This document shows positions 1 to 13,723 of a stretch of DNA of 64,000 nucleotides, piece by piece. Where the stretch lies: the NCBI RefSeq assembly GCF_006345805.1, contig NC_043001.1, positions 90,644,001 to 90,708,000 of the forward strand. Reading direction: 5' to 3'. The DNA comes from Octopus sinensis. Its lineage: Eukaryota. The notes beneath the pieces were generated by a model that worked only from the letters and a program-made list of their open reading frames with translations, was not told where the DNA came from and did not search any database. Both the position numbers and the translations under genes were made by a program. The first letter of the stretch is position 1. Each line of letters starts with the position of its first letter.

Positions 1-208
1 TAATACACTTGTCAATGTTATTTAGTGGTTCTCTTTTGAGATGTGACATCAATCATTGCTTGTTACTGAAAGAACTCTGGTTCACACATAAAAACATTCA
101 CATATTTCCCTTGCTCATACACACACATACACACATATACTCACACAGGGTTGAAATGCTGTGAGATTTTTCTTTTCATCGTTGAATGTTCATCCTCCCA
201 CTTCCATT

Positions 209-243
<35 letters not shown>

Positions 244-495
244 CACACACATACACACACAATAATTCACATACCTCCCTTTTGCATACACATGGACATT
301 CTCACGTTGAAACGCCCCCACTATCTGTCTGCCACCAGTCCGTCCTTCCTTCTTTTCTCATTCATATGTTGTGACGGAGAAAAACGCCAGAGTATTATTA
401 TAGTAAATTCTTTGTGTTAAGAAAATATTAATGTAAAATATGAAATACAACATTTAACTATTTCAATTAATCAATATTCAAAATTTTTTCTACAG

Positions 496-1743
496 GTGAT
501 TTCGGCGAGGTGGGTGTATGGGTTGAACCTGTAACCAGTGCAAACCGAATTAGAAAGAATCTCAACAGTCTTACTACCGGCCATATCGAATCACTGAGAA
601 ATGCTTTCAAAGATATGACAACTGATGGTAGATACGAAGAAATTGCCGCATTCCACGGATTGCCGGCTCAGTGTCCTAACAAAGATGGTAGTAAAGTATA
701 TACATGTTGTATTCATGGTATGCCAACTTTTCCACACTGGCATAGATTATATGTTGCTCTAGTAGAGAACGAATTATTAGCCAGAGGTTCCGGTGTAGCT
801 GTACCTTATTGGGATTGGATACAACCATTTGATCAACTTCCAGCTTTGGTCAATGAAGCCACTTACTACAATTCAAGAACGCTTCACATCGAACCAAATC
901 CATTCTTTAAAGGAAAGATTTCTTTCTTAAATTCAGAAACCAAGCGAGATCCACAGCCTAAATTATTTGGTAACAAATACCTTTACGAACACACACTTTT
1001 CGTCTTGGAACAGACTGACTTCTGTGAGTTTGAAGTCCAGTTTGAAGTACTTCACAATACTATCCACTCGTGGCTCGGTGGCCGTGATCCTCACTCTATG
1101 TCGTCGCTGGATTTTACAGCTTATGATCCAATCTTCTTCCTTCATCATAGTAATATTGATAGGATATGGGCAATTTGGCAAGAATTACAACGTTACCGAA
1201 AGCTACCTTACAATGAAGCTAATTGCGCATTGCCTCTGCTTAATGTACCTATGCGACCATTCAGTAATACTACTGCAAATCATGATCGGATTACACTCAC
1301 TCATAGCACTCCAAATGATGTCTTTGACTATCAAAATGTTTTACACTACAAATATGACACTTTGTCCTTCTTTGATCTCACTATTACCCAGTTGGAACAT
1401 CTTATTGAAGAGAGAAAGGCTCATGACAGGATTTTTGCTGGATTCTTACTTCATGGTGTCAAAGCTTCGGCTGACGTACACATATACATTTGTGTACCTA
1501 CTTCTAAGCATGAAGAAAACTGTGCTCACGAAGCTGGTGTCTTCTCTGTCTTGGGAGGAGAGTCCGAAATGCCATGGCAATTTGACCGTTCCTTCCGATA
1601 TGAAATAACAGATCAGCTGAAGTTGTTAGGTCTCAACCAAAACAGCCATTTCCGTATTAAAACTGAAGTCATAGCTGTCAATGGATCATCAATCCATGCT
1701 AACATTTTCCCAAATCCAACTATTATTTATGTTCCAAAACAAG
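496..1743 (+). CDS. Hc: Hc gene 1 exon: FU-d
   Basis: Acceptor tacag|GT GAT TTC (GDFGEVGVWVEP), donor CAAG|gtaaga; phase-1 linker introns. Confidence 0.93.
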
Positions 1744-4700
1744 GTAAGAGATATATTGTTTTTTCTATTTTTATTCCATTTCCATTTTTATTCCAATCTC
1801 AAGCACAGAATGCGACGGCCTATTGTTCTGATGGCATTTGCAGCTGTTTGAGTCAACAGAAAATTCATTATTCACCCAGTAACCTAGCATAGTTTTTCAT
1901 GACTAAGATCATTACGAGCTAACGAGGCACTTCTCAGTTTTTCCCCCCTTTGATCTCTCCTTAGAGTTATGTATTATATGGCAGTTAGGCAGTTATTACT
2001 TGTTCCATTTGTTTTATGAAAGTTTACGAGACTAAGTGACAAACAATAGCATACGGTCTCACTTTTCTATTTAAGGAGTAATCTGCATATGTTAATTCTA
2101 AATAATCTAATATATTAATTCTACATAACAAGTAACAATAACTCTATTCCAATATCTTTTCAGGTCATTTAGCTGACTTCAAACATGAAGAAAGCAATGG
2201 AAATCTTGTACGAAAGAATGTTGAACGACTCTCTTTGTCTGAGATGAATTCATTGGTACATGCTCTCAAAAGAATGCAGAAAGACAAGTCATCTGACGGT
2301 TTTGAAGCAATCGCATCATTCCATGCTCTGCCTCCTCTTTGCCCAAATCCGACTGCCAAACATAGACACGCTTGTTGTCTTCATGGTATGGCTACGTTCC
2401 CTCACTGGCACAGGCTCTTCGTCGTTCAGTTTGAACAAGCTTTACATAGACATGGAGCTACAGTTGGTGTTCCTTATTGGGATTGGACCCGTCCTATTTC
2501 AGAGATTCCTGCTTTCATAGCCTCTGAGATGTATTCTGACCCTTTCACTAAGATAGAATCGCATAACCCATTTAATCATGGTCATATTTCTTTCATCAGT
2601 GAAGACACTATGACTAAACGTGAGGTCAGCGAATATTTGTACGAACATCCTGTATTGGGAAAACAGACATGGCTCTTTGATAACATCGCTTTAGCTTTGG
2701 AACAGACTGATTATTGTGATTTCGAAATACAATTAGAGATTGTTCACAATGCCATTCACTCTTGGATCGGTGGAAAAGAAGAACTTTCCTTGAACCATTT
2801 GCATTATGCAGCCTATGATCCATTATTTTTCCTACATCATTCTAATGTCGATAGATTGTGGGTTATTTGGCAAGAACTGCAGAAGCTGAGAGGTCTCAGT
2901 GCCTATGAATCTCATTGTGCTCTTGAGCTTATGAAAGTCCCATTGAAACCGTTCTCCTTCGGAGCCCCTTACAATTTGAATGCACTCACCACTAAATTGT
3001 CCAAACCTGAAGACATGTTCAGATACAAAGACAACTTCCATTATGAATACGACATCCTAGATACTAACAGTATGTCTATTAATCAGATAGAGGCATATAT
3101 CAGACACCAAAGAGAACACGATCGTGTTTTTGCTGGTTTTTTGTTGAGTGGATTTGGTTCATCAGCATATGCAACATTTGAGGTAAGTATAGAGACAAAT
3201 CTTATTATTTATCGAAAGAATTCTAAAACAATATCAGGTTTCTAAAATTATTTGCCAAAACCTTATTTAAGAATTGCATTAAATTTGTTTTTTCATAAAA
3301 TATAAAAGATTAAAGAAATTACTGAATACTGTAACACTTCCTTTTCTCAATTTTATAATTAGATTCCACCCAATTTCGGAGATATAAAATTTAATATATA
3401 AATGAATATTGAGATAATTATTCCACATTTTTCTTAAATGGATAATGTAATATAATTATTAGTACATCTTAGGTAAATTAATGACCTGTGTACATAAATA
3501 TATAAAGAGTGTATATATTTCGTCTCTCTTTTGATGTATTTTAGATCTGCGTTGAAGAAGGAGAATGTCACGAAGGAAGTCACTTTGCTGTGCTTGGAGG
3601 CAGTACAGAAATGCCATGGGCCTTTGACCGTCTCTATAAGATAGAAATTACTGATGTTCTTGCTAATAATAATTTAGCTTTCGATTCACCTTTCACAATT
3701 AAGACGAAAATAGTTGCTCAAAATGGAACCGAATTGCCAGCAGGCATTCTTCCTGAAGCAACTGTAGTAAGGATCCCACCAGCCAGTAAGTGCCTTTGCT
3801 TCCTATAATATATAAATACAAATATTTATGCATAAACAGGTCGACATTTCACACTAATTTTCTATTCTTTCAATTATCTTTTCAGAGAAAGACATTGATG
3901 TTGACATTCCACTAAATCATATCCGACGAAATGTTGATTCTTTGGACGAAAGAGATATCCAGAATCTTATGGCAGCACTTACACGTGTTAAGGAAGACAA
4001 AAGTGACCATGGATTCCAGACTATCGCTGGTTATCATGGTTCAACGATGTGTCCTAGTCCAGATGACCCAAAATATGCCTGTTGCCTACATGGAATGCCA
4101 GTCTTCCCACATTGGCATCGTGTTTATTTGTTACATTTTGAAGATTCTATGCGCCGACATGGCTCCAGTGTTGCCACTCCTTATTGGGACTGGACAGATA
4201 AGCTTACGAAACTGCCCAGACTTTTAGGAGATCCTGACTACTATGATGCTTGGACTGATAACGTAATCGAGAATCCTTTCCTTAGAGGCTACATTGAACA
4301 TGAAGACACCTACACAGTCAGAGACATAAGACCGGAACTATTTGAAATCAGTGGAGGAGAGGGATCTACACTTTACAGACAAGTACTTCTCATGCTTGAA
4401 CAAGAAGACTATTGCGACTTCGAAGTGCAATTTGAAGTTGTTCATAACTCTATTCACTATCTTGTTGGTGGTCACCAGAAATATGCCATGTCCAGTTTGG
4501 TTTATAGTTCCTTTGATCCTCTCTTCTACATTCATCATTCAATGGTAAATAGCAAATAATTCATATATTTACCTTCATTTCTAATAATATTGTCTTTCTT
4601 TCCATAGTTTTCAAAATTATAATATTATGAAGTAAAATTAAATCTTCTTTCATTATGCTACAATCTGCAAAGATCAACATCTTCTAACAGTCGCTCGTAT

Positions 4701-6857
4701 ATTACAGTCAGTTGGAACGAATATATTTTATAAATAGCTTGCTTGATTCACTTTGTTATTTCATCACATATTTTGGTGACGTTTTAAGTGATTTTCATCA
4801 TGTAAAGATCATTGTATCATTGTTCCGCCATAGAAGGACGTTTTTCCTATCTTTTCTTTCTCATTAAATTCAGGTTGATCGTCTCTGGGCTATTTGGCAA
4901 GCTCTCCAGGAACACAGAAAATTACCTTATGATAAAGCTTACTGTGCCCTAGAGCAACTGTCATTCCCGATGAAGCCGTTTTCTTGGGAAACCAACCCGA
5001 ATCTACATACACGAGCTGCAGCAACACCACAGCATCTATTTAACTACCATAAACTTGGTTATAAATATGATAATCTTGACTTCCATGGAATGGATATTGA
5101 TCAATTGGAGAAGACTATTCATAAACGCCAGAACACAGACAGAGTTTTTGCTTCATTCTTACTTTTTGGCATCAAAACTTCAGCTGATGTCCATTTGAAA
5201 CTCTGCAAAGACACAACTTGTGAAGACGCTGGTGTGGTCTTTGTACTTGGTGGCGACAATGAAATGCCATGGCATTTTGATAGAACATACAAGATGGATA
5301 TTACTCATGTTATCCATAAAATGCATATTCCTCTGGAAGACCTGTACGTTCACGGAAGCACTATTCACCTTGAAGTTGTAATTGAAACAGTTGATGGAAA
5401 AGTATTAGATTCCAGTTCTTTACCTGCTCCTACAATGATATATGTCCCAGCTAGAGGTTTGTTGAATATTGTATTCTCTTTCTAACCTTTTTCTCTTCTC
5501 TTTAACTTTACGTCAAATATCAAGTTATTTTTGTCAGTTGACTGTTAAAACTGTTACCGTCAAGGTTTGTCCATTTGTTCATATATTTCGACGAATCCAT
5601 TGTTCAAAACAGGTATTCATTTTTTGTTCTTCTACAGATTTCAAGAAAGAGGTACACAAGATAGCCGCAGAAGGTGCCATAATCAGGAAGAATGTCAATA
5701 GTTTGACTCCAACTGACATCAAAGACCTAAGAGACGCCTTAGCTAAAGTACAAGCTGACTCTTCTGACAATGGTTACCAGAAAATCGCTTCTTATCACGG
5801 AATACCTCTCAGTTGTCATTATCCCAACGGCACAGCTTACGCATGTTGTCAACATGGAATGGTAACTTTCCCTCACTGGCATAGATTGTTAGTTAAACAA
5901 ATGGAAGACGCTTTAGTTGCTCATGGTTCTCACATTGGTATTCCCTACTGGGACTGGACAACTACTTTCGCTCATTTACCTGTACTGGTCGCTGAGAAGG
6001 AAAACAACCCCTTCCACCATGCTCATATCGATGTTGCTAATAAAAATACAACCAGAGCACCGAGAGCTCAACTTTTTGATGATCCAGAAAAAGGAGATAA
6101 ATCATTCTTCTACCGCCAGATAGCACTTGCTCTGGAACAAACAGATTTCTGTGATTTTGAAGTCCAGTTCGAAATCGGCCATAATGCTATTCATTCTTGG
6201 GTTGGAGGTAGTACTCCATATGGTATGTCAACCCTTCACTATACTTCCTATGATCCTCTCTTCTACCTTCATCACTCCAATACTGACCGTATTTGGGCTG
6301 TATGGCAAGCATTGCAGAAGTATCGAGGATTGCCTTACAATTCTGCCAACTGTGAAATCAATAAACTTGCTAAGCCACTGAAGCCGTTCAACTTGGAAAG
6401 CAATCATAACGCTGTTACAAAGGCTCATTCAACTGGCAATAAAGCTTTCGATTACCATGAACTTGGTTATGATTATGACAATCTTAATTTCCATGGTATG
6501 ACCATTCCTGAATTGGAAGAACACCTTAAAGAAATACAACATGAAGACAGAGTATTTGCTGGTTTCTTACTTCGTACCATTGGTCAATCTGCTGATGTCA
6601 ATTTCGACATCTGCACCAAAGATGGTGATTGTGTGTTTGGAGGTACGTTCTGTATTCTCGGTGGAGAACATGAGATGTTCTGGGCATTTGACCGTCTTTT
6701 TAAATATGATATCACCTCAAGTTTGAAACAACTGCGTTTAGATGCTCATGATGATTTCGAAATAAAGGTTACCCTTAATGGTATCGATGGTGGTATCTTA
6801 CCACATGACTATCTCTCTCCCCCCACAGTTTTCTTCATGCCAAAGAAAGATCATTAA
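496..6857 (+). CDS. Hc: Molluscan hemocyanin gene 1, 3' part (FU-d, e, f, g; 6 exons in window; 5' part lies upstream of window)
   Basis: Type-3 copper FU motifs in each unit (FHG, CCxHG, FPHWHR, PYWDW, HNxIH, DPxFxLHH). GT-AG exons join in frame: 496-1743, 2164-3182, 3545-3785, 3886-4544, 4874-5456, 5638-6857 (TAA). The FU-g linker EGAIIRKNVNSL resembles the E. dofleini G-type FU-g as I recall it; the typing is tentative. Confidence 0.96.
2164..3182 (+). CDS. Hc: Hc gene 1 exon: FU-e part 1
   Basis: ttttcag|GTCAT (GHLADFKHEE...), donor GAG|gtaagt, phase 0. Confidence 0.93.
3545..3785 (+). CDS. Hc: Hc gene 1 exon: FU-e part 2
   Basis: tttag|ATC TGC (ICVEEGECHEGSHFAVLGG), donor GCCA|gtaagt. 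Confidence 0.92.
3886..4544 (+). CDS. Hc: Hc gene 1 exon: FU-f part 1
   Basis: tttcag|AGAAAGAC (KKDIDVDIPLNHIRRN), donor ATG|gtaaat after IHHSM. Confidence 0.92.
4874..5456 (+). CDS. Hc: Hc gene 1 exon: FU-f part 2
   Basis: ttcag|GTT GAT CGT (VDRLWAIW), donor AGAG|gtttgt. Confidence 0.92.
5638..6857 (+). CDS. Hc: Hc gene 1 terminal exon: FU-g
   Basis: ctacag|ATTTC (DFKKEVHKIAAEGAIIRK) to ...MPKKDH stop. Confidence 0.94.
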
Positions 6858-6931
6858 CATGTTCTTATCATGTACTTGATTAAATTTGCATAATTTTTTC
6901 TCGTTCTTGATGCACTTTGTTCTTTTTATTC

Positions 6932-6937
6932 AATAAA
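6932..6937 (+). terminator. Polyadenylation signal of Hc gene 1
   Basis: AATAAA 75 nt after the stop; gene 2 has one at a similar distance. Confidence 0.65.
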
Positions 6938-8599
6938 TGATATCTCAAGTATATAATTTTGTTTTCCTACTTACTTCCAGTTTTTTTGTGTCAGAATACT
7001 CTTTTCGCTTTTTTTTTGCATGACTTTACAGCGCCATCGACATGAAATTACACAACCATTTCTTATACCGTATAATTACTTTTACTTTGAGGCTTTAGAC
7101 TTCTATCTTTAAACTTTAGCACTGCTTCTCGATTTTATATTCGACAATCTAAAACATCCTATTTTTTAAAGTAATATATTCTGAAGGACGCAGAACTGAG
7201 TGAAAATTTAGATACATGCGTACTTTTGTGAATTCCCCTCCTTTTGAGATGAGTTTAAATGCCATCTTTGTTTAATGTCAAAGAGAATTTGTATTTTATT
7301 ATATCAATGACTGTCGGCAGCATTCCTTTTATTGGAACTTTTTCTCATAATGTCTCAAGGAAGGTTTAGTAAACAGCATCAGTTTACTAAAGGCATCTCC
7401 TTGTCAATGACTTAGCCAAATAGTAAATCTACGATATTTGCAGTCATTGGATTTTAAGCGATTAGTTTTACACATCTTCCTGTCGGCACACACATTTTTG
7501 CTCATCTAATCGCTCGTCAGACCTTACTTTAACAATATACTTAATCTTTATTTCTGAAGTGTCCATCTGCTTCATTTTCTTTCCAACCCACATTTTCCTA
7601 CAAACGTTGACTTATATCAACAGTATCAAACTCAGCAATATTGGACAAGCTATGAAGTCCATTATCACTACCCTTCGTTCTTGTCTGTACTATTAAAATT
7701 ATTGACGCTCACTTAATACTGAAATTGAAAAATAACCAGATGTGTATTATCACGTTTTTAACTGCTCATGTGTTATGGGTCTGTGACTCGCTATTAAAAC
7801 TGTTTTAAGAACCAAGACACTATATTAATCAATATAACCATATATTTTCCACGAGAAATCACAATAAAATGATTCAGTTAGTCCCTTTATTTCTACTCAC
7901 ATTATATCCTGTTACCATTTTATAGTTTTCTAATAAAAAAAAAGAAGAGTATATTCTTAATAACAATCGGAATATCCTACTTAACGTTGCATACTGTAAG
8001 AAATCTTAATATTGTGGTATTCGTCTTGAGGAAATATATTTTTATAGACGCGTAGCATTAAAAAGTACAGAAACAGCAGCAACTGACGAAAGTATACAGC
8101 ACCAGCGGCAGAACTGCCAGGTCACGTGATTTCTACCTAGTTACATGCCATCAGTAGTAGGTATCCGCTATCACTGCATGCTAGCATATAGAAAACAGTG
8201 ACTGATTGGTCACTGGTGCTGAAAATAGCTGGTTGGGCAAAAATCAGTTATTATCGACGGAAATAGCATCAGTACTGAACAGAAGTCCTTGTATCCTACT
8301 TAACGTGAATATACTTTAAGGGCGCCATAATACTGCGATATTCACCTTGAGAAATCCTCTCATATAGACGTATTTCTAAGAACCACAGAAATATCGGTAG
8401 CAAACGAAAAGTGTCTAGTCCTTTCTGTCGAAAAGCAAAACTACTTCCACTCGAATTCAGCCATCCTCACCATTGCATTAGCAAAGCAACCTTATTAATC
8501 GACTATATGTCATCCATAATTTGAATAACATCATTCTTTTTTCTCAAATAATTTTTACAGAGACAGTTGCTGCACTTATAGCCAATATTTAGATAGTGA

Positions 8600-9266
8600 A
8601 GGCGGTGATCTGGAAGAAACGTTAGCACGCCGGGCGAAATTCCTAGCGGTATTTCGTCTGCCGTTACGTTCTGAGTTTAAATTCCACCGAGGTCGACTTT
8701 GCCTTTCATCCTTTCGGGGTCGATAAATTAAGTACCAGTTACGCACTGGAGTCGATGTAATCGACTTAATCCCTTTGTCTGTCCTTGTTTGTCTCCTCTA
8801 TGTTTAGCCCTTCGTGGGCAATAACGAAATAAGAAACATTAGCACGCCGGGCAATATGCTTAGCGGCGTTTCGTCTGTTTTTACGTTCTGAGTTTAAATT
8901 GCACCGAAATCGACTTTGCCTTTCATCCTTTCGTGGGGTCGATAAATTACCAGTTGCGTAGTGGGGTCGATCTAATTGACTGTCTCCCCAAAAATGTTGA
9001 GCCTTGTGCCTAAAGAAGAAAAGAACATCCACACACACTTACATTTTAAGGGCAGCGAGCTGGCAGAAACGTTAGCACGCCGGGCAAAATGCTTAAGGGT
9101 ATTTCGTCTGTCTTTACGTTTTGAGTTCAAATTCCGCCGAGATCGACTTTGCCTTTTATCCTTTCGAAATCGATAAATTAAGTACCAATTGCATACTGAG
9201 GTCGATCTAATCTACTGAGCTCCTCCCCAAAAATTCCGGGCCTTGTTCCAGGAGTAGAAAAGAATA
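8600..9266 (+). mobile_element. Tandem cluster of three tRNA-derived SINEs (family 1)
   Basis: A-box-like GAGCTGGCAGAA, B-box GAGTTCAAATTCC, central TTTGCCTTTCATCCTTTCGGGGTCGATAAATTAAGTACCAG (resembles the Meta/Sauria-type SINE core as I recall it); many copies in the window. Confidence 0.8.
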
Positions 9267-9394
9267 TTTGGATAGCGTTTCAATAACGTTTTCACCTAAA
9301 GTAGGTAACGAACCTTCAACTCCTAGTACCAGAAACGCTCTAACAGAGTTTGATTTTACTGCAAGTGGGATAATTGTCGCAAATGTAGATGCAC

Positions 9395-9706
9395 TACAGC
9401 TTATATTCCAGCAAATAACATGTACTAAATACTCGGGTCGACTAAAGCCTTGTGAGTGAACTTGGTAGACGGAAACTGAAAGAAGCCTATCGTATATACG
9501 TTTATGTGTGTCTTCATGTCCTCACCACCACTTGACAACGGTGTTGGTGTGTTTACGTCCTCGTAGCTTAGCGTTTCGGAAGAAAGACCGTTAGAATATG
9601 CACCCGGCTTAACAAAAAATAATAGGGTTGATTAATTCGACTAAAGATTCTTCAAGGCGGTGCCCCAGCATGGCCGCAGTCCAATGACTGAAACAAGTAA
9701 AAGATA
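9395..9706 (+). mobile_element. SINE family 2 fragment
   Basis: AAAGCCTTGTGAGTG...GTAGACGGAAACTGAAAGAAGCC body also at 39310; 3' end GGCGGTGCCCCAGCATGGCCGCAG...AAGTAAAAGA. Confidence 0.65.
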
Positions 9707-10026
9707 AGTGGTGAAATATATATATATATATATATATATATAAACGTTCGCATAACATTTATATATTTGTCATGTGAACAATGATATTTTGAAAACAAAT
9801 GAGTTTGATATTTAATTTCATTTTAACTTCATATACTTATATTTGTGTATGAGAAACTGATGAACTACATACATTTTACGATAAAAACTTGCATTTTTAT
9901 TTTGATTAAATTCAGAACAAAACCTTTGAATGTTTTTCGTCTGCATTCAGCGTCTCTTACTGTCACTCATTCCCACTCCGTTTGTTGTTTTACACTTCTT
10001 TTTCCAGCGCGATCCAATCTCACCTA

Positions 10027-10548
10027 CCGTAAACCCTCGAGTATAATCCGCATTTTTTTCACAATATTTAAAGGTCAAAATCCCTCGTGCGTACTATATA
10101 CGAGGTTAAAAATGAAAAATATTTACTAAGCAATGTTCGAGTCTCTATTTGTTGTCCGGCAATGTTTATTCAAACGCATTTTATGATGTTGGGCGCGAAA
10201 CTACCTTAAGCTAAGCTTGAAAGCAATGAGGTCATAAAAGAATCATCCATAACTTGCAGTAAGCAATATTTATTAAAATAAAAGTATTCAGAGCACAGAA
10301 TAACATGTAGCAAAAACAATTTGCAAACATATTTACATTCCCATATAACAGTTAAGAAAATTACCATTATTATATTACGCATGCACAGAAGTGTTTGTTC
10401 GACTAGCTGCTGCTGGTTTAATTATGCACGACTCAAATTAGAGAATGGGTGCGTATTATACACAAGGTTTAGGTTTTTCAGACGTACAGCCCCCTAAAAA
10501 TCCCCTGCGTACTATACTCAAGAGCGGACTATACTCGAGGATTTACGG
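10027..10548. mobile_element. MITE, Tc1/mariner-pogo type
   Basis: About 26-bp TIRs CCGTAAAYCCTCGAGTATARTCCGC, TA on the left and TG on the right, subterminal repeat AAAATCCC..GCGTACTATA twice, no ORF. Confidence 0.8.
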
Positions 10549-10550
10549 TG

Positions 10551-11280
10551 TGTTTTCCAGCAAACTCAGTTGTGACTACATGGAATTGAGTGTATAGTCT
10601 CTTGTTGCGTAATACTTCTTTATGTCCTCTTTGTACTTCTTGCTTTGTCTTTTTTTCCTTTTTTTCTCTGCTTTCAATACTCCCTCATTCCTAACTAATA
10701 CTAGCAAGTTTTCCTTACTTTGGGATAGGTATCTCAGTAAGCTCCCGAGTTCGATACATATGCAGTCTTCCACATTAATCAGTCCCCTTCCTCCATTTGC
10801 TCTCTTCATGTATAGGCGATCAGTGCTGTACGTGGATGATGAGCTCCAAGCATCGTTAAGAACTTTCTTGTCCTCCTGTCCAACTCGTTTAGCTCCTTTT
10901 CTGTCAACTTCAGAATTCCAGCGTCATACCGAACTACTGCGACTGCGCGCGAGTTTATTACCGAAATTTTGTTCCTAGCATTCAGCTTTGAAGCCAATAT
11001 TTTTCTCACTCACTTTTCCTTCATATTTTTGTGTTAAAATCCATCTGCCTCAAGTATTCCCAAGTATCTGTATCTGGATTCAGGTTCAATTGCCTTCAGC
11101 ATTTCACCACTTGGCATACATATGCCTTGTGTCCTGACAAGCTTTCTTCGTCTCATCACCTTCGTAGCACATTTTGAGAGTCCTGACTCCATCCTGGTAT
11201 CATTCGAGAAAATTCACGCAGACTGGACTAGGGTGTCAAGTTCTGCCTCGCTTTTATAAACTACTTCAACTCATCCATGA
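10551..11280 (-). mobile_element. R4/Dong non-LTR retrotransposon fragment (RT C-terminus/thumb)
   Basis: ASKLNARNKISVINSRAVAVVRY; KRANGGRGLINVEDC; frameshifted; homologous to 14628-15131. Confidence 0.8.
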
Positions 11281-11299
11281 ATAGCAAGTGGTTCAGTTT

Positions 11300-11499
<200 letters not shown>

Positions 11500-12141
11500 T
11501 TCTTTCGTAACACAGTGTAGGTTAAAATGCACCGGAGTCTTTAGTCAGCTGTCAAGTCACAACAAAGACCTCAGACAGATAATATTTTCCTGTAAGGGTA
11601 CGTTTTGCAAGACGCCAATCTTGCAGTGGATTTCCAGTTGCCTTAAGAAGTTTTGAAGTTTCAATGGGATTGGGCCCAAAGCTCCGATCACCACTGGTAT
11701 CACTTTTACATTACCCTCTCGCATTCCATACAGTCTTATTTCCACTTTCAATTCGGAGTACATGGTGATTTTTTTTTACTCATAACATTCATGTCATTTG
11801 GTATGGCTACATCAATGGTCTGACAGTATCTGTCTCTCTTATTCAATATGACAATATCCAGTCAACGGTGTTCGATTACACGATCTGTCTGAAAACATAG
11901 TCCCTGAGTTTCGTTATTTTTCCATCCTTCTGTATAACTTTACTTGGTACATGCTCATGCAAGTTCTCTGGTATTAATGGCATAAGAGCTAATGAAGATA
12001 CATACACACTTTATCGTCGCGGCGCTTTTATTCTTTTTGTGCAAGGCTCTCGCATCCACTTACCAACTGGGTCGCATTTTCTTTCCCTGTGAGATATCTA
12101 AACTTCTGGTAACTATTACCCCTCCTGCATAGATCAATAAG

Positions 12142-13086
<945 letters not shown>

Positions 13087-13641
13087 GAGTGAGAGAGCAG
13101 TTCATGCCATCAAAGTGACACTGGGGTAAAATATACGAAGCCCAATATACCCATCATGACTACCCGTCTGATAAAGGTACACCAGGCACATGCATCACAA
13201 CCATATGTGCGCGACATGGTGATCTCATATCAAGATAAACAGCACATGACCTTGCAGGTGGAGCCCAGTTAGAATTTTCTTCAAGTTGAGTAGCCCATCC
13301 CGCTCAAACGGTCCCTGAATAAGGGTTGTTTAAGGATGTTGAAAGAACCACCCATGTTTCCAGAGGTGAACTATTCAAACCCCAAAGAATCCCTCTCAAC
13401 ACATGGCTATGATGATCCCCCACTACTTCTGCTCGTGATCAGAGATGCACATATCGTCAGCCACTGAGGGACATGCTCAACTGGTTACGGTCAAACAACT
13501 GACAGGCAAATCTGTGGTATTGAGTAGAATATTTGCTGTAGCCCATCTTTTATACCAAGACAAAACAATGTACATGATAACACTTCCAATCAGTTAAGAT
13601 CAGAAGCCATGAGAGCCACTGCCTGGTACTGCATCAGGGCA

Positions 13642-13642
<1 letters not shown>
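13087..13642. mobile_element. Non-coding ~556-bp interspersed element embedded in (ATT/TAA)n
   Basis: Second copy at 44223-44752; bounded by (ATT)n on both sides here. Confidence 0.8.

Positions 13643-13723
<81 letters not shown>

Noticed and set aside
151-420. ORFs 151-420 and 186-374
   Set aside because: Translations of a (CA)n tract in the c/d intron of Hc gene 1.
1744-1892. ORF-track extensions beyond splice donors or acceptors (also 5469-5637, 51538-51619, 55096-55178)
   Set aside because: Intron read-through; canonical splice sites give a continuous hemocyanin frame.
963-6726. Alternative-frame and antisense ORFs inside hemocyanin exons (and their copies at 49.7-61.5 kb)
   Set aside because: Shadow ORFs with no recognisable motifs; duplicated only because the exons are.
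7300-8450. Possible decayed coding fragment and a short imperfect duplication (about 7975 vs 8293)
   Set aside because: No convincing motif or family assignment.
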